NCBI GenBank assembly: GCA_964019425.1
Contig: OZ025792.1
Coordinates: forward strand, 372,001 to 436,000
Reading direction: 5' to 3'
Origin: Flectonema sp. DT1601
Lineage: Eukaryota
Length of the DNA: 64,000 nt
A program made the position numbers and the translations under genes. A model generated the notes under the pieces. That model was not told where the DNA came from. It did no database searches and saw only the letters and a program-made list of their open reading frames with translations. This document shows, piece after piece, positions 56,448-64,000 of the stretch (positions within the stretch are counted from its first letter, which is position 1; each line of letters opens with the position of its first letter).

Positions 56448-59400
56448 TTACCTCGATATCAACAACTCGTATGTCGCAACAGTATGTTTGAGTTGAAGTT
56501 CTTCTGGGAAGTGGTCTTCAAACCATGAGGCATTACCGACATCCATATCTTGATAACCAACGTAATCTTTTAATGATTCAGTCTCACTGAAATTGACATC
56601 ATTTCCACTCAAAGCTCCGACAAGAAGATCTCTCAGTGCTGAGACCACACTGCTATGATGCAACTGACCGATGGAACGACGAAGTGCTGTTTCCTCTACT
56701 TCTGTAAGAGGCTTTGTGTATCTTGATTGCACACGATGCAACACACCTCCACCAGAAAGCAATCCCTCAACGAATAGAAATAAAGATCTCAAGTGTTCAA
56801 TTTTACCATACTTTGCGACTGTTGGAGTCAATATTGAAGCAATGTTTTCCTGTTCTGTCGTTGACTCGATAAAGTCAACGAGAGACGACTCTGAACTGAT
56901 GTTTTGTCCCATCGCAGAAACAAAATTAATAACATTTTCCAACAATCTTAAAAGCAACGATAATTGCTCAGTAGTATCAAGTTCTACTCTTATCGATTCT
57001 TCCATACTCGGAGGTAGTATTGAACACTGCTTGATGTTACTCAGAGATGCTAAGCTTCCTCTTTGACGAATTTCACCCGCAAACTGAAAGTGTAAAAGCT
57101 GCAGTTTTACAGGAACCTTTCCACACAATACTTTCGATGCGAGCGCTTCTTCTATCGAAGATAAATCGTATCCGACTGTACCATCATCGAAGTCGATTCT
57201 ATGTTGAAATAGAAGAGGTACTAAATCTTGTTTCGCAGAATACGAAATCAAAACTCGTCTACTCAATTCTGATGAACTCAATCGAGACAATGTTGGAGGT
57301 GGTTGAGCAGTAGTAACATTCTGACTATCAGAAACAGTTTTATGTAACTTCCCAACAATCGTATTATGAGTTCTGTGTAACAATCCACTCAACTGAATAG
57401 AACAAAGACCTGTTGCATCAACTTCTCCTGGTAATACTGATGGAATACTAAAAGAGATCGGTGCTTCAGGTGTTAGTTCTTGTCTGGTGTCGTAGTGGTC
57501 TCTACCTCCAAGATCAACTTCACCTTTTGTGTTTAAAAACGGATTACGCTGACATTCATACAGGTTCGGTATCATTGGCATAGCCGTATTAAATAATTCA
57601 CAATACTGAGAGAGGACATGCCTGGCTCTCGCTTGTTCTGATGCAGGAACGTATCTGGAGATGAGTTCGGTCGCAGGGAGATCCTGTGCTTGTGCTCTTG
57701 TGAAATATTCTTTTTCCAAACATCTAAAAATAATACTATGCCACTCAAGAACATCAGCGAGGTATCTTATAATACTCAAACGAGACTCGTTTGTGATCAC
57801 AGATGCCAGAAGAGGATGTTTGATTGAGTTCGCTGTTCTGAAATTAAAAAATTTCTTAAATCCATCGACAGAAATTGATCGTTTTGCTGTCCAGAGAGGG
57901 AATACTTCACAATCAGACATTTGATCAATCAAATCGTCACTAAGAGCTATCTTCACACCAGACTCAGCACCACTACATCCGATCACTTGATAAGCTTTCG
58001 ACAATATAGTTTTTGATAAAGAGAACACCTCATTGATGACAGACTCCGCTTCCAACTCAAACGTCTCCATCCCTTTCACGTTTACCAGAGATTCTTCCGC
58101 TCGTTGTCTTGAAAGCAACGGTTCTAATCTGCGAACTATTTCTGTGTAAAGTATCAACAGGGTGCTGTTACTGTAGCCGGTTACTCTCACCAATAGAGTC
58201 CAGTGCTTGATAAAACTACCATGAATGTACTTCGCTGATAACGATTTGCTCAATGAAAGTAAATCCGCACCACAGAAAGAACCGACAGTGAGAGACGCAT
58301 AAAACAGTACTTTCAGAACTAAAGCTGTTACAGAAGACAATTCATGACCACTTCTGTGAAGACTGGCATAACTAGAATGTGCTGTGTATCCTGGTTCGGA
58401 TTTTAGTTTTCCATTTCCATAACTCGCTAGGACTTCTTCTTTTGATCCAATCAGAACATTACCAGCTGCAGATACGTGATTAGTACCCCCAATGATTGCT
58501 CCACAACCTGGATGATTACAATACGATATTGCCATAGCCCCTCCACATTCACCGATTGAATATAAATGTCCATTCCTACACTTATACCAAGTCACATACT
58601 CAGACATCGCATTTACGATAACAGAGATTTCAGAGGTTAAAGGCATAGTTGGTAAGAATAATGTTTTTAACTTAACCGGATTGCTAGAAGCTAGATAAAT
58701 ATAAGAACCAACCGTGTCGGGGAGCATCAGAGCTACTTGCATCATCACAGCGAAACAACTAGTTTGAATTGGTCCAGAGTTAGTACGAGCATCCCACTTG
58801 AACTTAGTAGTTCCGTGAGTTCCATTTGGACCCCAACCGACCTTCTGCATGATGTGAATGACGTCGTGATGTTTATAGTTCTTTCCTAATAGTGATAATT
58901 TATCAAGGATGGTTGAGAAGGTTTCTTTTCCACTCAGTGATCGGTGTAGTTCACCATTAAGACGAGTCTGCATCAACGCGAGTAACTTTGTTTCTTCTGA
59001 AATACAATCACTTGAGCTGTCTGTTGGAAAGAAAACAGACAGCAGTCGTTCTCTTGCTGGACCACCTCCTTTACAAGCAGTTTTCAAAAGCTCCATAACA
59101 GTTGTGTACTCTTCTGGTTTTGTGAGAAGAGCAGCTGATTCTGGTGGGATTTCATCTTGTGAAATCTTTTCAAAATATGATCGATCGTATGACAGAAACC
59201 AGTTACAGGGTTTTGTTTGAAGAAGGAAATCCTTCAAAGCTCCCCAACCACCCGCATCATACAACTTACGAAGACAAAACAATCTTCCGTATTGAGTCTC
59301 TAGCAGGTCTCTTGTTGAGGTTGCGATTTGTATTTTCTTTGGAATACTTTTATCAGAGTTGTTCGATGATCTCATTGTGTCTTGTTCGATCTTGAGGGCA

Positions 59401-62400
59401 ATCACAGAATCACAAAACTGTGAAATAAGTGACTTGGCGTGTGTGATAGAATTGAGTAAAGTGTAATCCAATTCCGGTTGCTGTGATTCGATTGAAGTAA
59501 TTAGCTGAAGAATGTCGTCTTCTGAAAAGGTTCCCTGCGTTGGTAAGTTTTCTAATGCTGAAAGAAGCAAAGCAGTGAGAACATTCGCGTACTTTAGTTC
59601 AAGTTGAAGAGCCTGAGCTCGTGTAATCACATCCTTCAAACCATCACGATCAACAAGAGCTGAAATTAACCCACGACGACATGGAAGAGATAATGGTGTT
59701 TCAACAGGCCATAATTCCGGTTTTAAATTACAACTAAGTCGGAGTAAGTCATCCTCGATTGGCTCACTCTCAACAAGACTAACTCTTCTTATAAAAGAAA
59801 CAAGGTATGTTCCACTTAGAGGTATATTATTATCTTGGAATAGCTGTCTTACGTCAGATACTGTCTTTAATCCATTCAACAACATCGGTGTTATCTTTTT
59901 TAATTTTCGAAGTAATGAAGCATCTGGAATCATAACATCCCTCAAGAACTCAGCGCAGATTTCAAGAATCTCAGCATCGGAGTCTCCTCCAATTGATTTC
60001 AAGTCGATTGCGATCGATGGACATATCGCATGTGTCCAGTGAAGCAGCTGACTTGGTTGATTAATACTTAATAAAGTATCCTTAACACATAATAACGTAA
60101 TTTCCGATACCGCTCTTGATAACTGACTGTGAGGAGTCTTTTCCAACTTCTCCAACATAACATTTTGATCACCTTCACTAAACTTTGATACTAAACTACA
60201 AATACTAAATAAGTCATTTTCGCATACCCAAAATGCTACTGAAACTGCTAATAGAGTTGTTTTGGTGTGTTCGTTTACAGAGAATATGACACTTTGACAT
60301 ATTCTCAACTGCATTTCAAGAGATAAACCGACAAACACTGCCACCGTAGTGGTGATCATGTCATTCGAAAACTTTTTACACAAATCGTGTTGTTCTTGTT
60401 CTGGCAATGTGTTCCAAACCTCGTTAAATTCTTTTCCGAAAAGCTGATCAGTAGTTGCTGCGAGAGATGAAAAATCAATTTTGTTATCGCCATCTTTCAC
60501 TAATAGATTTTTTAAAGTATTATGAGCCTCCATTACATAATAACTAAACGGAAATTGAGAATGCAAGAGAGAATCACTTCCTGTATTACGAGGAGATGAA
60601 ATGGTTAGTTCCGTACCGATGACAGTGTTCCCAACAACTAAATTGGAATCAACTGCTTTTGGTTGAAGCATCTTCCACAGCTGAGGACAAATACGGTAGG
60701 TCATCAAATTACTGTTCACATCAAGACACCGAAGAACTGAGGAAAGGGATTGCACTACAATGAAGTCAACAGCTGCTACCAATGAGTGACGTAGAGTTCC
60801 GGCACTCATCTCTCTAATTGCAAGAAGAACGTGAAAGTGTAATGATTCACTCTGACGACAACAGTGAGCTTCAATCACTTCAGTCACTTGTTTTATGATC
60901 ATATTTTTAAACGATCCATCGCTATCATTCATCATATCAGTTACCACTGACACCCGTCCAGCAAATGGAACACCACCAAACGCAGCTCTGTTCAGTGACA
61001 TTGAAGTGCTTAGTTTTTTTACTATGAAATCTGACAGGTTTATACTACTACCCTCAGATATCAACGTCGATAATGAATTATTTAATAAACAAGTTGTGTA
61101 TCCTTCATCGTCTTTTCTTATATCATCAATGAAGTAATTTGCCCATCCTGATAAATAATTTAATTTGTATTCTCTAACTCTGTCACGTGCACCTGGAGGT
61201 ACATGAACCAAGAACACAATATGTTTGTTATTTCCACCAGCTCTCTGTGTTTCAGCAATATGACGAGCGTGATCAATTGTACTCTGAGCGCTGGTTAGAG
61301 GATCACATTGCACGATAACTGTATCGTGGTTTGGATCATTTAACTGCTGCAGCATCCGTACAAACGATCTCTCAGTTGTTACCTCAGCCAGCGTTACAAT
61401 TCCCCAAGTAGGTTTTTTAACACCAAACAACTGCTCAGAACTGCTTCGCGTTAACACTACTGTGAGAGGTGCAGTATCAGTTATGTAACTCAGACAAGAA
61501 ATGAGTCCTTGATGAACAGATGAGTAGTTTACTGATGCTGTTGATAGACTGTTGCTTTGCATAATGCTGATGGGAGAGGCTATTTCAGTGAGTGATTTCT
61601 TTAAATCATCTTCCCCAGAGTCCTTATTACTGAACACCAATGACGACAGGGTGTCCTTGTGATACCCGACGAACACTTGAGATAACAATTCAAAATTCGT
61701 TTCTGATAAAACCTGTTCCACCCACGACTCTAATTTCTTCATCACAGTTAGTTGGTCTTCTGTAAGACAATCCTTAAACGATAAAACTTGCTTCTCGAAA
61801 CGATTGAGAAGTGGAAGGTCAAGATTCTCATAAGCGTGGTCTTGTTCAGCAACAACAACGATTCGGAATCCTTCCTGAACAGGACACAATTGGGAACGAG
61901 AACCCACAGCTAGTCGAAGCATTTTATGTTCTTTACCAGTTTCATGAGATGTGCGAGTTACATATCTCTGATTTAGGACATCGTATAAAGACTCGTAGAT
62001 GGCATCATGGTTGTGAAGGACCACTGTACCACCGCGAGCCATTGCTGTTTTGACTCGATTCACTTGTTGAATTAAATGAAGTTCATGAGCGTCGTCTTTA
62101 AATGTATTTCCTACCAATACTTCCGTGTTGTTTATGTCTAATAATTCATCACTAAACAACAACGAAATAGCCGCTCCACAACACGTCAAAACCATAAGAT
62201 GCCTGGCACTGTTATCACACAAATTACTTCTAATTAATTCCGGTGCAGTTAAAGGTGCAACTGAAAGTTCCTCTTCAGAGAAACACTCAGTTGAAAATGC
62301 TGTTCTGACGGTCTTAATTAACTCCGGATGCCCGCCAAAATTCCTTTCCAAAGAATACATAACAAGTTGTTTGATGTCTTGTTGTTTTGACAGTATTTTG

Positions 62401-64000
62401 ATGGTGTTTTCATTGTTTTTATCTGACGTTGGATGGACGAATGGTGAAACAGTATTTTGGTTCTCTGAGTCGTAGTTAAGATCGTACTGCTCAAGTTGTG
62501 CGATGGATAAGAGTGAATGAGGAATGATGTTGCTGGTTGAAATCCAAGATTCGAAAAGTTCCAATGACAAACTTTTTTCAATTTCAACACACCAAACTTG
62601 GGACTCCGAAACCCTCGTCACAGTGAGATACTTCGCAGTGACAACAACAGAAGAATCACTTTCTGAGAAGTTAGGAAGGAAGATCCTTCCTTTTTGAAGA
62701 CAATCCTTAGTCATTCGATGTTGTTCTCTTCTCAGTAGTTTTAAAGTTTGATAATAATCCCTCATTCCGATGAACTCCCTCCCAGGTTGATTAAAATAAA
62801 CTTTATGATAAGCCTGACTAAGTTTCTGAAGTAGATCACTTTTAAAGAGTGAAGAGTCTCCAATAATATGTTGACCTGTCAGATTGATATCAGTTTCTTC
62901 CGGTTCACATCGTTTCAGGCAGATTGCTCGGTTCATTTTCGCAGCATCTAAAACCCAATTAGACAATCCCACAACAGCAATAGGAGGATTAACTAAGATC
63001 CCATGAAGAACTTTTAATGGCATGTCTGGACTGTGTTCCGCTAAACCCACTTCATCGAGGAGAAGAATCACAATAGTTTTTTGAGCACTTTTTTGATAGC
63101 TGCAGGCGATGTCAAATTGATGTCGTATTCCAGCAGCAGTTGATAAAGGAGAACACTGATACGGGAATATATACAATGATGGGAATCGTTTCCAGTAATC
63201 ATCCACTGACTGTTCTCCTTTTAAATTACTTGCCAGGACTTGTAATGTTAAGGTCTTTGATGAGCCAGGTTTACCCACAACGAAAACAGGTATTTTATTA
63301 AAAATACAAATCATTGTAACGTATAAGTTCTCTTGAAGGGCTTGATTCATAGCAACTCCTTCTTCGACTCGTAATTTACCGCAGAGTGATTTCATCGTTG
63401 ACCTTATCAGTTTTAACATACTTCCTCGAAGCCAAGACCATTCAGTGCAATTCATACTCGAATCACTTCTTTCTCTCAGAGCTAAGGAAAGACAGCTGAG
63501 GAGTTGGTCTCTATCTTCAGACCTGCTTAATCTGAAGTAAAAAACATGTGCGATTGCGAGAATGGTTGGAGCTCCCCAAACGTCTTTACCAACGGCTGGT
63601 TTTGTTCCATACTTTTTGAACCATCTCGCAAGTTGTAATGTTCTTTTTAGATCTCTGAGAGAGACTGATGACGGATCTCCCTCCAAATCTCTAATAAAGT
63701 TTTGAGAAACAACCAACAACTCAGTGATTACCTTCACCGTGTTTGTGTTGGTTACTAAATTCGCAACCATTTCATGGATGTAACGCGACTCGACATCAGG
63801 TGTTAGAGAACCGAAGTCAAAGATGTATTCTTGAAGCTTTAAAGGAATAGGATGAACTCTGTACACCAAGTCATCCAGGTCATTTTTTATATCAGACCGT
63901 GTCGGTGCCTTATAAGACAGTCCTGGTCCGGTGACCAGAGACTTCTCACATCTCTTTCTGTAAGGGTTACACGCAGCAAGTATTCTTATTCCACTATGGA
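56448..64000 (-). CDS. RNF213: RNF213 (mysterin)-like AAA+ ATPase / RZ-finger E3 ligase, 5' part outside the window (>2500 aa)
   Basis: Frame open to the window edge (ILAACNPYR...LVYRVHPIP...DFGSL); SVSLRD; IPVFVVGKPGSSKT; YQCSPLS; LLDEVGLAEHSPDMPLKVLH; SNWVLDAAKMNRA; GMRDYY; RNFGG; YESLYDVLNQ; PLLNRFEK; RZ finger CRNGHLYSIGECGGAM...C....CGAIIGGTNH. Confidence 0.92.
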   Translation of the reverse strand, partial: HSGIRILAACNPYRKRCEKSLVTGPGLSYKAPTRSDIKNDLDDLVYRVHPIPLKLQEYIFDFGSLTPDVESRYIHEMVANLVTNTNTVKVITELLVVSQNFIRDLEGDPSSVSLRDLKRTLQLARWFKKYGTKPAVGKDVWGAPTILAIAHVFYFRLSRSEDRDQLLSCLSLALRERSDSSMNCTEWSWLRGSMLKLIRSTMKSLCGKLRVEEGVAMNQALQENLYVTMICIFNKIPVFVVGKPGSSKTLTLQVLASNLKGEQSVDDYWKRFPSLYIFPYQCSPLSTAAGIRHQFDIACSYQKSAQKTIVILLLDEVGLAEHSPDMPLKVLHGILVNPPIAVVGLSNWVLDAAKMNRAICLKRCEPEETDINLTGQHIIGDSSLFKSDLLQKLSQAYHKVYFNQPGREFIGMRDYYQTLKLLRREQHRMTKDCLQKGRIFLPNFSESDSSVVVTAKYLTVTRVSESQVWCVEIEKSLSLELFESWISTSNIIPHSLLSIAQLEQYDLNYDSENQNTVSPFVHPTSDKNNENTIKILSKQQDIKQLVMYSLERNFGGHPELIKTVRTAFSTECFSEEELSVAPLTAPELIRSNLCDNSARHLMVLTCCGAAISLLFSDELLDINNTEVLVGNTFKDDAHELHLIQQVNRVKTAMARGGTVVLHNHDAIYESLYDVLNQRYVTRTSHETGKEHKMLRLAVGSRSQLCPVQEGFRIVVVAEQDHAYENLDLPLLNRFEKQVLSFKDCLTEDQLTVMKKLESWVEQVLSETNFELLSQVFVGYHKDTLSSLVFSNKDSGEDDLKKSLTEIASPISIMQSNSLSTASVNYSSVHQGLISCLSYITDTAPLTVVLTRSSSEQLFGVKKPTWGIVTLAEVTTERSFVRMLQQLNDPNHDTVIVQCDPLTSAQSTIDHARHIAETQRAGGNNKHIVFLVHVPPGARDRVREYKLNYLSGWANYFIDDIRKDDEGYTTCLLNNSLSTLISEGSSINLSDFIVKKLSTSMSLNRAAFGGVPFAGRVSVVTDMMNDSDGSFKNMIIKQVTEVIEAHCCRQSESLHFHVLLAIREMSAGTLRHSLVAAVDFIVVQSLSSVLRCLDVNSNLMTYRICPQLWKMLQPKAVDSNLVVGNTVIGTELTISSPRNTGSDSLLHSQFPFSYYVMEAHNTLKNLLVKDGDNKIDFSSLAATTDQLFGKEFNEVWNTLPEQEQHDLCKKFSNDMITTTVAVFVGLSLEMQLRICQSVIFSVNEHTKTTLLAVSVAFWVCENDLFSICSLVSKFSEGDQNVMLEKLEKTPHSQLSRAVSEITLLCVKDTLLSINQPSQLLHWTHAICPSIAIDLKSIGGDSDAEILEICAEFLRDVMIPDASLLRKLKKITPMLLNGLKTVSDVRQLFQDNNIPLSGTYLVSFIRRVSLVESEPIEDDLLRLSCNLKPELWPVETPLSLPCRRGLISALVDRDGLKDVITRAQALQLELKYANVLTALLLSALENLPTQGTFSEDDILQLITSIESQQPELDYTLLNSITHAKSLISQFCDSVIALKIEQDTMRSSNNSDKSIPKKIQIATSTRDLLETQYGRLFCLRKLYDAGGWGALKDFLLQTKPCNWFLSYDRSYFEKISQDEIPPESAALLTKPEEYTTVMELLKTACKGGGPARERLLSVFFPTDSSSDCISEETKLLALMQTRLNGELHRSLSGKETFSTILDKLSLLGKNYKHHDVIHIMQKVGWGPNGTHGTTKFKWDARTNSGPIQTSCFAVMMQVALMLPDTVGSYIYLASSNPVKLKTLFLPTMPLTSEISVIVNAMSEYVTWYKCRNGHLYSIGECGGAMAISYCNHPGCGAIIGGTNHVSAAGNVLIGSKEEVLASYGNGKLKSEPGYTAHSSYASLHRSGHELSSVTALVLKVLFYASLTVGSFCGADLLSLSKSLSAKYIHGSFIKHWTLLVRVTGYSNSTLLILYTEIVRRLEPLLSRQRAEESLVNVKGMETFELEAESVINEVFSLSKTILSKAYQVIGCSGAESGVKIALSDDLIDQMSDCEVFPLWTAKRSISVDGFKKFFNFRTANSIKHPLLASVITNESRLSIIRYLADVLEWHSIIFRCLEKEYFTRAQAQDLPATELISRYVPASEQARARHVLSQYCELFNTAMPMIPNLYECQRNPFLNTKGEVDLGGRDHYDTRQELTPEAPISFSIPSVLPGEVDATGLCSIQLSGLLHRTHNTIVGKLHKTVSDSQNVTTAQPPPTLSRLSSSELSRRVLISYSAKQDLVPLLFQHRIDFDDGTVGYDLSSIEEALASKVLCGKVPVKLQLLHFQFAGEIRQRGSLASLSNIKQCSILPPSMEESIRVELDTTEQLSLLLRLLENVINFVSAMGQNISSESSLVDFIESTTEQENIASILTPTVAKYGKIEHLRSLFLFVEGLLSGGGVLHRVQSRYTKPLTEVEETALRRSIGQLHHSSVVSALRDLLVGALSGNDVNFSETESLKDYVGYQDMDVGNASWFEDHFPEELQLKHTVATYELLISR

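Noticed and set aside
1807..56450. Only 1 of 20 visible stops is TGA, raising possible codon reassignment
   Set aside because: Multi-kb ORFs are open under the standard code with no in-frame stops, and all three stop codons are used.
5781..62590. Plus-strand and alternative-frame ORFs overlapping the long minus-strand genes
   Set aside because: They are antisense or frame shadows of real CDSs with no independent motifs.
1..64000. CRISPR arrays, rRNA, telomeric repeats, intact transposons
   Set aside because: No regularly spaced repeats, rRNA-like sequence, (TTAGGG)n arrays or intact transposase/RT ORFs were seen.

Overview
AT-rich eukaryotic nuclear DNA, most likely a euglenozoan and probably a diplonemid. 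The basis is BILBO1-family genes, a kinetoplastid-type GT31/GT67 glycosyltransferase, all genes on one strand and short GT-AG cis-introns; the species cannot be named from sequence alone. I can support 21 protein genes, all on the minus strand, two of them cut by the window edges. Six short (66-110 nt) phase-consistent introns join ORF-track fragments. Housekeeping and cytoskeletal genes fill 1-28.5 kb: two BILBO1 paralogues, TRIP13/Pch2, CBS/cysteine synthase, a PLP aminotransferase, TPGS2, an ERGIC-thioredoxin hybrid and an EF-hand + dynein-MTBD-like protein. The 30-64 kb half holds three very large, immunity-like proteins. The first is a ~2350 aa pseudokinase + tyrosine-kinase-like + split ART-like + WWE + LRR + ankyrin protein. 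The second is a ~1920 aa C-type-lectin surface receptor. The third is an RNF213-like AAA+ E3 with an intact RZ finger and no visible RING. Non-coding features include a ~700-770 bp diverged tandem duplication, a ~9.8 kb gene-free stretch with GC-rich hairpin and possible retroelement islands, and introns whose ends base-pair and lack a polypyrimidine tract. All domain calls are by eye from motifs; no searches were run.
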